Assembly (NCBI GenBank): GCA_030390025.1
Contig: CM059438.1
Coordinates: 69,194,001-69,258,000, forward strand
Direction: 5' to 3'
Origin: Squalus acanthias
Lineage: Eukaryota
DNA length: 64,000 nt
Below are positions 48,205-61,810 of this stretch, piece by piece (position 1 is the stretch's first letter; the number at the start of each line of letters is the position of its first letter). Under the pieces are notes generated by a model, which did no database searches, was not told the origin of the DNA, and was given only the letters and a program-made list of their open reading frames with translations. The position numbers and the translations under genes are program-made.

Positions 48205-51200
48205 CATGTTGAACACCACTTGGAAGAAGCACTGAGTGTAGCGAGGGCACAGAATGTACTCTGGGTGGGGGACTTCAATGTCCATCACCAAGAGGGGCTC
48301 GGTAGCACCACTACTGACCGAGCTGGCATAGTCCTGAAGGACATAACTTCCAGTCTGGGCCTGCGACAGGTGATGAGAGAACCAACACGAGGGAAAAGCC
48401 TACTTGACCTCGTCCTCACCAATCTACCTGTCGCAGATGCATCTGTCCATGACAGCATTGGTAGCAGTGACCACCGCTCAGTCATTGTGGAGACGAAGTC
48501 CCATCTTCATACTGAGGACACCCTCCATCCTGCTGTGTGGCACTACCACCGTGCTAAATGGAATAGATTCAGAACAGATCTAGCAGCTCAAAACTGGGCA
48601 TCCATTAGGCGCTGTGCGCCATCAGCAGCAGCAGAATTGTATTCCACCACAATCTGTAACCTCATGGCATGGCATAGAAACATAGAAACATAGAAAATAG
48701 GTGCAGGAGTAGACCATTCGGTCCTTCGAGCCTGCACCGCCATTCAATGCGTTCATGGCTGAACATGCTACCTCAGTACCCCATTCCTGCTTTCTCGCCA
48801 TACCCCTTGATCCCCCTAGTTGTGAGTATTATATATAACTCCCTTTTGAATATATTTAGCGAACTGGCCTCAACAACCTTCTGTGGTAGAGAATTCCACA
48901 GATTCACCACTCTCTGGGTGAAGAAGTTCCTCCTCATCGCAGTCTTAAATGGCTTACCCTTTATCCTTAGACTGTGACCCCTGGTTTTAGTTTTCCCTAA
49001 CATTGGAAACATTCTGCCCGCATCTAATTTGTCTAAACCAGTCAGGATTTTAAACGTCTCTATAAGATCCCCCCTCATTCTTCTGAACTCCAGAGGATAC
49101 AAGTTCAGTTGATCCAGTCTTTCTTGATATGTCAGTCTGGCCATCCCAGGAATCAATCTAGTGAACCTTCGTTGCACTCCCTCAATAGCAAGAATGTCCT
49201 TCCTCAAGTTAGGAGTCCAAAACTGCACACAATACTCCAGGTGTGGCCTCACCAAGGCCCTGTACAACTGTAGCATCACCTCACTACTCCTGTACTCAAA
49301 TCCCCTTGCTATGAAGGCCATCATGCCATTTGCTTTCTTGACTGCCTGCTGCACTTGCCTTCCCACCTTCAGTGACTGATGTACCATGACGCCCAGGTCT
49401 CGTTGCACCTCCCCTTTCCCTAATCTGCCACCATTCAGGTAATAGTCTGCCTCCCTATTTTTACCACCAAAGTGGATAACCTCACATTTATCCACATTGT
49501 ACTTCATCTGCCATACATTTGCCCATTCACCCAACCTGTCCAAGTCACTCTGTAGCCTCCTAGCATCCTCCTCATTGTTCACACTGCCTCCCAATTTAGT
49601 GTCATCCGCAAATTTGGAGATATTACAATTAATCCCTTCGTCCAAATCATTAATATATAATGTAAACAGCTGGGGCCCCAGCACCTGAACCCTGCGGTAC
49701 CCCGCTGGTCACTGCCTGCCATTCTGAAAAGTACCCATTTACTCCTACTCTTTGTTTCCTGTGTGCCAACCAGTTCTCAATCCACGTCAACACATTACCC
49801 CCAATCCCATGTGCTTTAACTTTGCACACCAATCTCTTGTGTGGGACCTTGTCGAAGGCCTTCTGAAACTCCAAATACACCACATCTACTGGTTACCCCC
49901 ATCCACCCTATTGGAAACATTCTCAAAAAATTCCAGAAGATTTGTCAAGCATGATTTCCCTTTCACAAATCCATGCTGACTTGGACCTATCATGTCGCCA
50001 CTTTCCAAATGGTCTGTTATGACATCTTTAATAATTGATTCCATCATTTTACCCACCACCGATGTCAGGCTGACCGGTCTATAATTCCCTGCTTTCTCCC
50101 TCCCTCCTTTTTTAAAAAGAGGGGTTACATTAGCCACCCTCCACTCCTTCGGAACTGATCCAGAGTCTAAGGAATGTTGAAAAATGATCGTCAATGCATC
50201 CACTATTTCCAAGGCCACCTACTTAAGTACTCTGGGATGCAGACCATCAGGCCCTGGGGATTTATCAGCCTTCAGTCCCATCAATTTCCTCAACACCTTT
50301 TCCCGACTGATAAGGATTTCCCTCAGCTCCTCCCTCTTACCAGATCCTTTGATCTCTTTTATTTCCGGAAGGTTGTTTGTGTCCTCCACAGTAAACACCG
50401 AACCAAAGTACTTGTTCAATTGATCTGCCATTTCTTTGTTCCCCATTATGACTTCCCCTGTTTCTGACTGCAGGGGACCTACATTTGTTTTTACTAATCT
50501 CTTTCTTTTTACATATTTATAGAAGCTTTTGCAGTCCGTTTTAATGTTCTCCGCAAGCTTCCTTTCATATTTTATTTTCCCTGCCCTAATCAAACCCTTC
50601 GTCCTCCTCTGCTGAGTTTTAAAGTTCTCCCAGTCCCCGGGTTTGCTGCTACTTCTGGCCAATTTGTATGCCACTTCCTTGCTTTTAATACTATCCCTGA
50701 TTTCCCTTGTCAGCCATGGTTGAGCCACCTTCCCTTTTTTATTTTTACGCCAGACAGGGATGTACAATTGCTGTAGTTCATCCATGCGATCTCTAAATGT
50801 CTGCCATTGCCCTTCCACTGATAACCCCTTAAATATCGCTTGCCAATCTAACCTCGCCAATTCACGCCTCATACCCTCAAAGTTGCCCTTATATAAGTTC
50901 TGGACCATGGTCTCTGAATTAACTGTTTCCTTCTCCATCCTAATGTAGAACTCCACCATACTATGGTCACTCTTCCCCAAGGGGCCTCGCACCACAAGAT
51001 TGCTGATTAGTCCTTCCTCATTACACAACACCCAGTCCAGGATGGCCTCCCCTCTAGTTGGTTCCTCAACATATTGGTTTAGGAAACCATCCCTTAAACA
51101 CTCCAGGAAATCCTCCTCCACCGTATTGCTTCCAGTTTGAGTAGCCCAATCTATATGCATATTAAAGTCACCCATGATAACTGCTGCGCCTTTTTTGCAT

Positions 51201-53321
51201 GCACCTCTGATTTCCTGTTTCATACCCTCCCCCACCTCACTACTACTGTTTGGAGGTCTGTACACAACCCCCACTAACGTTTTCTGCCCTTTGATGTTCT
51301 GCAGCTCAACGCATATTGATTCCTCACTCTACCATTACCACCAAGCCAGGGGACCAACCTTGGTTCAATAAGGAGTGTAGAAGAGCATGCCGGGAGCAGC
51401 ACCAGACGTACCTAAAAATGAGGTGCCAACCTGGGGAAGCTGCAACACAGGACTACATGCATGCTAAAAAGCGGAAGCAGCATGCTATAGACAGGGCTAA
51501 GCAATCCCACAACCAACAGATCAGATCAAAGCTCTGCAGTCCTGCCACATCCAGTCGTGAATGGTGGTGGACCATTAAACAACTAACGGGAGGAGGAGGC
51601 ACCATGAATATCCCCATCCTCAATGATGGTGGAGCCCGGCACGTGAGTGCAGAAGACAAGCCTGAAGCGTTTGCAACCATCTTCAGCCAGAAGTGTCGAG
51701 TGGATGATCCATATTGGCCTACTCCCAAGGATCCAGAAGCCAGTCTTCAGCCAATTTGATTCACTCCTTGTGATAACAAGAAACGGCTGAGCGCATTGGA
51801 TACAGCAAAGGCTATGGGCCCCAACAACATCCCAGCTATTGTGCTGAAGACTTGTGCTCTAGAACTAGCTGCGCCTCTAGCCAAGCTGTTTCAGTACAGC
51901 TACAACACTGGCATCTATCCAACAACGTGGACAACTGCCCAGGTATGTCCTGTCCACAAAAAGCAGGACAAATCCAACCCGGCCAATTACCGCCCCATAT
52001 GTCTCCTCTCAATCATCAGTAAAGCGATGGAAGGTGTCACCAATAACCTACTCACTGATGCCCAGTTTGGGTTCCGCCAGGACCACTCGACTGCCGACCT
52101 CATTACAGCCTTGCTTCAAACATGGTCAAAGGAGCTGAATTCCAGAGGTGAGGTGAGAGTGACTGCACTTGACATCAAGGCAGCATTTGACCGAGTGTGG
52201 CATCAAGGAGCCCGAGTAAAACTGAAGTCAATGGGAATCAAGGGGAAAACGCTCCACTGGCTGGAGTCATACCTGGCACAAAGGAAGATGGTTGTGGTGA
52301 TTGAAGGTAAATCATCAAAGCCCCAGAACATCGCTGCAGGAGTTCCTCAGGGCAGTGTCCTAGGCCCAACCATCTTCAGCTGCTTCATCAATGACCTTCC
52401 CTCCAACATAAGGTCAGAAATGGGGATGTTCACTGATGACTGCAGTGTTCAGCGCCATTCACAACTCCTCAGATAATGAAGCAGTCCATGCCCACATGCA
52501 ACAAAACCTGGACGACGTTCAGGCTTGGGCTGATAAGTGGCAGGTAACATTTACGCCACAGAAGTGCCAGGCAATGACTATCTCCAACAAACGAGAGTCA
52601 AACCACCTCCCCATGACATTCAACGGCATTATCATTGCCGAATCCCCCACCATCAACATCTGGGGGTCACCATTGACCAGAAACTTAACTGGACCAGCCA
52701 CATAAATACTGTGGCAACAAGAGCAGGTCAGAGGCTAGGTATTCTGCGGTGAGTGTCTCACCTCCTGACTCCCCAAAGGATTTCCACCATCTACAAGGCA
52801 CAAGTAAGGAGTGTGATGGAACACTCTCCACTTGCCTGGATGAGTGCAGCTCCAACAACACTCAAGAAGCTCGACACCATACAGGACAAAGCAGCCCGCT
52901 TGATTGGCAACCCATCCACCACCTTAAACATTCACTCCCTCCACCACCGGCGCACCGTGGCTGCAGTGTGTACCATCCACAAGATGCACTGCAGCAACTC
53001 ACCAAGGCTTCTTCGGCAGCACCTCCCAAACCCGCGACCTCTTCCACCTAGAAGGACAAGGGCAGCAGGTGAATGGGAACACCACCACCTCCAAGTTCCC
53101 CTCCAAGTTACACACCATCCTGACTTAGAAGTATATCGCCGATCCTTCATCGTCGCTGGGTCAAAATCCTGGAGCTCCCTCCCTAACAGCACTGTGGGAG
53201 TACCTTCACCACACGGACTGCAACGGCTCACCACCACCTTCTCAAGGGCAATTAGGGATGGGAAATAAATGCTGGCCTTGCCAGCGACATCCACATCCCA
53301 TAAGCAAATTAAAAAAAAAAA
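48205..53321 (+). mobile_element. CR1-group LINE of a second family (Zenon-like), ORF2 remnant split by a CR1 insertion
   Basis: Endonuclease end (VLWVGDFNVHH, SDH) at 48205-48675; resumes at 51319 with [40 protein letters not shown] and SLHHRRTVAA; A-rich tail 53305-53321. Clade label is inference. Confidence 0.85.
48676..51318 (-). mobile_element. relatively young 5'-truncated CR1 LINE (ORF2 with one stop and two frameshifts)
   Basis: ORFs 50219-51274, 49886-50218, 49650-49883 and 48773-49684 join into EN-RT-C-terminus; (tttctatg)n tail. Confidence 0.95.
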
Positions 53322-55539
53322 TTCTATGTAATACCTATGTAACTGCTTAAACTTGTATAATGGTGCCTTGTGGCCCAATTAAAAAGGTTAAAGCCAAGTT
53401 CCCATTAATTTTCATGTATCTCAATGTGCTGATGCTAATAGGTATGTGTTCTGATTTAGAATTTATCCACCCATCAGACAGCTGTGGTAAGACCCGACCT
53501 TACCAAACGTGCTGGCGCAATAAATTCTGCAAACCAGTGAGTAAGAAGCTTGAGTGCACATTTCCTCTTTGGATGTTGCTTCCATATTTTGCCCGGCACT
53601 GATGCACAGATGGGGCTTTCCTAGGTTTCCGGCTGCCCCTTTATTTACATAGTGCTGGTGCGCTTCCAGTGCACCGTGTACTGGGAGCACAGAGGTCGAG
53701 ATTTCTTGGGCACGACCCAGAAACGGGTCGGTGCAGCTTTTTAAAGTCACACCTGCACTTCCCATTGACAGCCAAGATTGAGCTTGGGCTTTCTCTGGTA
53801 GGTTTGGTGCTGAGATGAGGCAGCGGGGGCTGCTAATGTCCAGGGGGCAGAGAGGGTAGCCTAAGTCAGGCCCCTTGGTTCAAATGCTGGGGTGCGGCAG
53901 TGAAGTTGGAAACCAAACAAAATCGAACAAGTAAACATCCAATCCAACGAAACAAGCAATGGCGCAATGGCAAGAAACCAAAAACAGCGAACAACAAGGA
54001 CTAACCTCATCAAAACTCAGTCCAGGCTGGTCACTGTGCTTTTGCAGACGTGTGCTTTGCGCCAACTTTTAAAGTAGGCCAGCGTTGCTCTCATACCAAG
54101 GGCACGACACAATAGGATTCCTGGGGAAGCAAGGACGTGCCACCAAATGAATGCTGTAACGAGGCTTGAGCCATGTAGCAGTTCGGGTCTACTGCACCCA
54201 TCATTAAGAAGAAAACCTGTAGCAAGCGCAAATGAGAGGCAGTGATTCAGTGACCAACTTTCCACTCTGCACAGGAGTGGAAATTCATGCCAGGAAGCAC
54301 AAGTAGGACTGAGTTCCCTGGGCAACATAGCCAGGGCTTGTGTGATAGGTATGGTTCTGGGGCCAAAGTTTGGACACCCTGTTCTACTGGCACACTCTGT
54401 CTTAATTGTAAAGTGGAGAGACTCTTTCAAAATTAAATTTGGGAAAGGGTTCAAAGAAACAAAAAGGATTATGTTCCTCCTATTAATTTTAGGCACAGAG
54501 TTGACTTTAGGGCAAAATGGAATTTCTGTTTTGTACTCTGACTTTTTTGGGTTAAATTATTGGCAGGAGGAATTTAGGCCCCAAAAACTTGTCAATCACA
54601 TTCAGAGAGGCTTGAGAGTGGCTGGTGTAGGAAAAAGGACAAATCCATAATGGAACAGTGGAGGCTTTTACAATAAGGTCGGGGGAGAGTTTATTCAGCA
54701 ACTATACTTGAGCTGGGAGCACTCATTGTTGGCACTGGGTAGTGGAAATGTTTTTTATTCATTTTCAAGTGCTGAGATCCTTAATCTCAGCACTTGAAAC
54801 TGAAATTAATGAGCGTAAAAAATACACCCAAAATTAAAAAATGTGTGTGTCGAGAGGAGGAATGCAGATATTACATAAATATAAATATATAAAGGGGCAC
54901 TCTGCCAAGTTAATTAAGTAAAACTTGTTCAGTCAGTGTTTTCATGAACTTGTCACTCTGATATTGGAAGAAATGTGGTTTGAGTGGCACAGTGAGGCTG
55001 CATAGTGACAGTCCAAAGAATGTGCCATTGTCTGCTTCATAACTGCCTACACAGTGGATTGGCGAGGGGCTAAATGGAGTCCTGGGTCTTGAATGCATTC
55101 ACAATTTCCGGTGAGTATGGGGCTTAAAAGGAGCATGCTAGCAATTTCAGAGTTAGATTCTGGGGCCGGACCCATTTCCATTGGGTTTCTGCCCATAGGA
55201 GCAGAGCTTACAGTTTGAATCGTAGTCTGAGGCCTTCTCAAAACGTGCACACCAATGCTGATGAGGGGAACATGGAACAGCATCTTACTCCAGGGAGCTC
55301 TACGAGGTCTGGTTTCATCATCTGTTGTCATCATTGTCAATGAGGAAGAATTTTTAAGTGCTGCCTTTCCTCCTTATTGTTATCTTCTTCCACTTCATCA
55401 TTCCCTGACCCCTGTTACTGTGCTGGATCTGCAAGAAATGAAGGCATTGAATGGATGAGCAGAACCCCCTTAAAATTACGGTGTGGAAGTTTCAGGCTGA
55501 GCACTGCTTTACAGGAATGTCATAATGACTGCCTAGTTG

Positions 55540-56210
55540 TCCACCCACCAGTCTGCAGCCTGCACTGTCCCACAGCTAGAGCAGAGCACCCTCTCAACAG
55601 CTTTGCGGCCTTCTCCTCAGAGTGGGTGAACTCTCAGATGTCAGGGACCACTGCCTTTCACGGGCACTGTGCACAAATTTATCCTGCAACAAGATTCAGT
55701 GCTTCAGGTGAAAGAAAACATTTGAGGAATGTCATCCAGGTGATATCAGACGGCTGACGTTGTAGATCAGTCAATATTACCCTGTTAGAATGGGAAAGGG
55801 GCTTTTAGGGTTCTACATGCAAGTAATTCCTGTCAGAGGAGCTGGTAACACATACTGTAAGGTATAGTTAGTGAACCCTTAAACCACGTTGCAGTGTGAA
55901 GGGCGACTTGTGCAGCTGTTAATTTTACAGGATAACCAGCATGCTGGTAGACAAGGTGCCCTAGACAGAGAAGGGACAGTGGCCGATCTGTTACCTTGCC
56001 TGCCCTTATCGAGTCATTGAACGTTATCCAGCACTGGGCCGCGGTAATCTGGGGTGAGAGAAGTGGCATTAATGCCACTGCCATCTCCCTCCACATAGCA
56101 TGGGAGACACTTGTCTGAAGATTCCACCCATGGGCACCCAGCAGTCACTACCTCCTTGGCTGCCTCTCCTCCAGGAGTGTCTGAAGGTCGGCTTCATTAA
56201 CATTGTGGTC
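55540..56210 (-). pseudogene. old Harbinger Myb/SANT-like gene remnant (exons 1-2)
   Basis: NEADLQTLLEE...R**LLG...AMWREMAVAL...TAAQCWITFNDSIRAGK|GTAACA (exon end 55995); acceptor TTGCAG| at 55683 followed by FTHSEEKAAKLL-like sequence resembling exon 2. Confidence 0.6.
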
Positions 56211-59200
56211 TCCTCTTTTCTGCTTCTTTCTAATGCCCAGCTCCCTCTTTTGGACACATCTTCCCATTCCTTCACTTGACGACATGCTTTTAAGACATTC
56301 TTCAACAGTGTCACAAAATATTACATGAGCCACCTATTGCAACTATCTGACAGTTAACTCAATCGTTCGAACCATTTAATACTTACCCTCTCCTCCCACA
56401 GCCTGCTGCTGCATAGTATTATTCTAGGTTTTTTAAAGGCTACAAGTGACAATTTCCACCCCCCCAGCCCCAGCCCCGTACTTCCATGTTACATGGAAGT
56501 TGTGCTCAGCCAATGTCAACGGATATTTAAATTAGCTGACCAAGTGATTGAAGGCGGAGTCAACGCTGGAGTGGATGGGTGGGTGGAAGTCTTGGCTCAG
56601 AAGCATTTTCCAACTAATACCACAAAAAAGTTGCCAGGGCTTTTATGCTTTGGGTTTGGGAGGGGGGTGGGGGAGAATCAGCCAGAGCGCCTGCTCCTGA
56701 TCACCATCCAGTGACTCCTGCTGAAAAATGTGTGCACGTTTTGATACCTTGGGATCAAGCTCGATTGTGATGCCCTTCTAGTCAAATAGCCTGCTGATGT
56801 ACACTGTCCAGTCTCACACGTGATTAATAGCCTGGGTGAGTTTCAGGAGGTGGCCAGCACCTCTAAAACCATACCCCGACATAACTGTAATGTTCAAGAT
56901 CATTGGAGTGTTCATTTTCAGCAGCCAATTACCTCTTTCATATCGCTTCAGAAAACGTTCCATTGAAACTGTGCAAATAACTGATTGCAACGTCAATACA
57001 GAGTTGTTCCTTGCATGAAATCTGTTCATTGTGGATTGATGTAAACAGCATCATCTGAATCCCTGCCTGCTATTTATCTGCAGGACGTGCTAACGCATAC
57101 GTCAGATTTGTCACTGTGAATGCAGCGTGCCAACAGAGCAGGGTATAAATCTCCAGAAGTCTATTGAACGTTTGAGACCAAGGTTACTGACAATGGCGTG
57201 TGTTGTTTCACAGCAAGTACACCTTCCCATTAAAAGGAGCATATCATGTTATAGCCCTGATGAATAGGGAGGCGAATGAGTTTATTTATAATGAGCAGGA
57301 TTGAGCATGTAATCAACTATGAATGGAGATATGCAAAGTCTTGGGAGCACAAAGCAGATCTGGGTGCTTTCTGGAAGATGGGTGATAGTGGTCTTGTGTT
57401 AGTTTTAATTCACCAAATAACAGGGAACATTCAATACCATGGACTGCATTGGTTTTATAGTTTTAACCTCCATAATATATGATTTTCATGGTTCTTGCTC
57501 TTAAACTTCAATTGTGAAGCTATTTTAAAGGATTAGTTATGGCGGGGGAGGAGGAAATTGTCCTATATTTAGGCCTGTTCTAGTACAAAGCATGCAAGTT
57601 AGCCACATGACCGTGAACTTTAAGAACATTATTCTCTGTTTTCCTTTGTGATAATTCAGTGATGATGGTAACTAAAGTCACCTGATGGTATGCTGGTTGA
57701 TGTCAAAGTTACCTCCTGGCTGAAGGTGTGCAAGTGGGCTACCTAACTTAACTCAAGGGTGGGCTTCATTTCTGCAGACAGAAAATCTTTCAAAAATGTT
57801 TGTTGTCAAACTTGTAAGAAAAACACATTTCAAAGAAAGAGTTACAACTACTGGTAAAAGACTTCCAAGAGGACACTGTTGAGACTTCAGATCTTTTGGG
57901 TGTCCTAATGCTTAGACTACGATATCCCAAAAGTGAATGGAACATGCCATATCACCAGGTCTGCAGAAGAAATACAGGGGAAAAAGTTGAATGAACTGAA
58001 GTAGCTCTTGACAGAGGTTAAAGTTGAAGAAACCAAGTGTAGGGATGTGGGCTCAAAACAAAACTCAACAAGAGCAAAAAGAATGATGTCCCATCCCCTC
58101 CCACTTTACCCCTGCCTCCTCCCCAACTTTTGTAATATTCTGAGGGAGGAGAGGACTATGTCATATGGCTCCACAGGTTCTGGAAAGTCATTTTTTAATA
58201 ATGAAACTCCTGGCATTCACTCTACACAGATATCAAATGCATGTTAAGTAGGTTAACTTGATAATGGCTGGGCATAAAACTTAACACAGCATATTTTAAC
58301 AGTGTTGTAATGTCTGTCGCCTTTCCTTTACAGCATTCCATAAATTTCAGAAGAAGACTGAAGAATATTAGAGTCATAGACAGGTCCTCAGGTGATGCTT
58401 GGTATGAAGTTGTAAGTTACAACTTGTCATGTTCATATCTTCAAATGTGATTCATCTGTTCTCAAGACACGATTGACTCCTTGAAAGGAAAGCAATCACA
58501 GCGGAGTTGAAGAAGATAATTCCTATTATTTGTCTTGCAAATATAAAACAGATTTGCATCCTAGTGACTAAATCAGATGGACACAGCAAGTTGACTACAA
58601 CATATTGATTGTCCGTCTTTTTGACTGTGCTGGTCTGCAACAAGCTACCATCCTCCTGCCAGTTGAAGCTTTGAGTCATCTTGGGAGCAGTCTGGTGAGA
58701 TTGAGGAGTCAGCCACGAGTACCACTATCACACATCTGTCAGCTTATTCAAAGACTAACCAGGCAGAGGTTTCTCCCACCAGTCCTCATTCACATGGTGA
58801 TGCATTTCCATCCAGTTTAACATACTGCGATCAGACCTAAATTAACGATGGAGTTAACGCAATTTGCCGTTAAAGCTCGAGATGTTACTCTTTTAATTAA
58901 ATATTCTTGGATAGATTTTTAAAGTGTCATTTTTTTGTAATCCTTGCTGTAAGCTACTATAGTTTGCATTTGAATTCAGTCACATAGCAAGTGATCACGC
59001 GGAGTATAAATGTTGCAAAACTGCTCACTTTTTATGGATGGTAGAAAGAATTCCTGATGCAAACGTAAGATTTACTGGCAAAGGTTTAGCTGCGACACCA
59101 CCAATGTTTACAAAATAAGGCTGCTGGAAACTGCTCTGTTCCCCTCAGGACATAGGCTAACAGGTGTTAATCCATCTGAAGCACAAGCTGTAATTATTAA

Positions 59201-59807
59201 CCCACATGCCACTGGTTTAATTTTATTGCCACAGCAGAAGGTACAGCTATTAATCAAACAATTCACTTCAGGAGGGAAGGCAACATTGTTCAAACAGAGG
59301 GTGCTAAAGGTCATGGCATAAGACCAAGAGATGCATTACTTCAGTAAATGGAAAACAACATTCAATAGCTACAGCAAAACAATATTTAAGGGTTTATTGA
59401 TTGGTAAAAAATATATTGCAGGGAAGTCAATGTGCACACAGTACTGTCATCACATAACCAACTCCCATTGGCTTTGGACATTGATTCTTAAACCAAATTG
59501 TTGACTTGAAAATTATTAAATATGGCACCCTCTTAAAAATTTCAGTTATTTTTTCAGCATGACTTTTTTTTTCCGGATGGCTTCTGAGAACAGAATTTGT
59601 GCTGATGTGGCAATAAACCATTTCAAAGCTTTCCCATCGCATGATGTGTGCTCCAGCAATGCAAGTTCAGCATGGAAGAATTGGGTGGAGATGGGGAAAC
59701 GCTGCAGTCGGCACAGGATGGACGGGGGCTCAGCTTGAGGGAAATGAAGGCAAAGGAGAGATGGAGCATGTAGGAGTTTTTGTCAGGCTTAAGATAATGC
59801 ACCTGTT

Positions 59808-59950
59808 ATAGAAACATAGAAACATAGAAAAATAGTAGCAGGGGTAGGCCATTCGGCCCTTCGAGCCTGCTCCGGCATTCAATATGATCATGGCTGATCC
59901 TCTATCTCAATTCAATATTCCCGTTCTCTCCCCATACCCCTTGATGCCTT
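59808..59950 (-). mobile_element. CR1 extreme 3' fragment
   Basis: (atagaaac)n tail plus ggccattcggcccttcgagcctgctcc. Confidence 0.85.
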
Positions 59951-60199
59951 ATGGGAGAATTGTTATAATGAACAATTGCAAGTTAATTTGGACCTTGAGT
60001 TTCCTCCAATTAGTTTTTGCAGTTTTCTTTCTCCTTTTCAGTTTTTTGAACCCTGCCTCTTGGGTCCACCTGTAGGATCAACATCCTCTGTCGCACTGTG
60101 TTGGATTGAAATGCCATTCTGTTGCACCAGTAGACTGATAGCTTGGAGGTCTCAATAGATCAAAACCATAATAACTCAAAGAAAAATGTTCACCGATAA

Positions 60200-60853
60200 G
60201 AAAGAACTTGCATTTATACAGTGCCTTTCAAGACTTCGTCGCCTTTCACAGCCGATGCAGAACTTCGTCACTGTTGTAAAGTAATGAAAAGCATCCAATT
60301 GTCACATCACATGGTCCCATAAGCTGCGATAAGATAAATGATCAGATAATCTGTATAAGTGGTGTTGATTGATGGATGAATGTTGTCCAGGACACCTGGA
60401 GAACTCCCCTGCTTTTCCTCAAATAGTGCCATGGGCTCTTTTAGATCTGACGTAAGAAAACTACTAGGCACTTGGTCTAAGCGTTAAACAAAGCTTTAAT
60501 CAACTGTTTTTCAACATGGAGGTCTAGTTGTGTCCTTCACTAGTTCCTGTTGAGGAATGTCCTACGCAAGCTGGGCCCATGCCTGAGTATTTATACTCTC
60601 CCTGGACAGCGCCACCAGCAGGCTGCCCAGTATTACTTCATACATGAATGACAAGATTCATGTCGAGGTCCACCTGAAAGAGCAGGTGGGATTTAACATC
60701 TAATCTGAAAAACAGCACCTCGAACAGTGAAGCCCTCCCTCAATATTGCACTGAAGTGTCAGCCCAGATTCCGTGCTCAAGTCTCTGGATTGTAGCTTGA
60801 ATCCCAGGACCTTCTGACTTGAGGCTAGAGTGCCAGTGAGCCAAGGCTGACAC
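60200..60853 (-). mobile_element. DeuSINE-type SINE interrupted by a small LTR-like insert
   Basis: Reverse complement of the 33984 copy, broken between ttttagatc (60447) and cacctgaaag (60671). Confidence 0.8.
60448..60665 (-). mobile_element. small solo LTR candidate (218 bp)
   Basis: tgac...gtcg termini (one change from TGAC/GTCA); TSD agatc/aggtc; minus-strand TATAAATA (about 60588-60595) followed by ATTAAA (about 60495-60500). Confidence 0.6.
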
Positions 60854-60994
60854 TTTGATCGTGCATTTTGGTTACAGACTGCAACTATCAGAAGCAGATA
60901 AGCTGTTAAACCAGCTCCAATTAGAAGATTCCTTTATCATCATCATGAACTTGAATGATAATCTGATAAGTCTTGTAGCAATTTCACTTACTAC

Positions 60995-61810
60995 TGTTCG
61001 GATCTCGAGAATTACGAATTAGCTTAACAATGACAGGCAAGGATGTGATCAATGAAATTGGTCTTTTAATCAGACTATCGTTCAAAATTCAAGTGTACAT
61101 AGAAGCACCTTTGGCAATAAATTCAAAGAACTCCCGGCAATAAATATGCCGGCAACTTATCAATTCAAAGTATATAAACATGCCCCTTTAATGATTCAAA
61201 TGTACATAAAAGTACCCCCTTTAACAGTATCTAAGCCCATGTCCAATTTTCATACATACTCCTTCATTTCTGGGTGATCGGTCAAAGGAAACTATAAGTC
61301 GAAACGTGAACTGGCCAGCTTTCTCATTTCAATCTTCCTCCTGCTTTGTCTTCTCTGTTCTTCTTCTTATCTCTGAAACTCCCGCCACTGGGTTTTCAGG
61401 CCTCGTTGATCATAAATTACTCTCTGCCTCCCTTGGATAGGTCAGTTCCACTCCAAACCTTCCCTAATTGGAGTTCCTGTTCCTGTGAGATGTATGTTCT
61501 CCCCTTCTTGTCCAGGTGGCCTCTCAAACAAAGAACACATACTGACCACCATTTTGTGTCTTCACAAACAAAGAACACATACTGACCACCATTTTGTGTC
61601 TTCACAAACAAAGAGCACATGCTGACCACCATTTTGTGTCTTCACAAACAAAGAACACATACTGACCACCATTTTGTGTCTTCACAAACAAAGAACACAT
61701 ACTGACCACCATTTTGTGTCTTCACAAACAAAGAACACCTGCTGATTTCTTACATTTTAAATCCGTCCGTTATCATCTTACAATTCATTCACAATTTTGA
61801 TTTCCACACA
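60995..61810 (-). mobile_element. solo LTR candidate containing a 40-bp tandem array
   Basis: TGT...ACA termini; minus-strand ATTAAA about 70 nt from the 3' end; tandem array in the would-be U3; no convincing TSD. Confidence 0.4.
61525..61738. repeat. 40-bp minisatellite, about 5.3 copies
   Basis: Unit caaacaaagaacacatactgaccaccattttgtgtcttca; the third copy has two substitutions. Confidence 0.95.

Noticed and set aside
53390..54582. Further MITE-like remnants, including 54359-54582 with ggggcc...ggcccc ends
   Set aside because: TIRs are too decayed and no TSD was found, so boundaries cannot be supported.
61525..61738. CRISPR-like appearance of the 40-bp and 27-bp (26136) arrays
   Set aside because: The repeats are head-to-tail with no unique spacers, no cas genes are present, and the context is eukaryotic.
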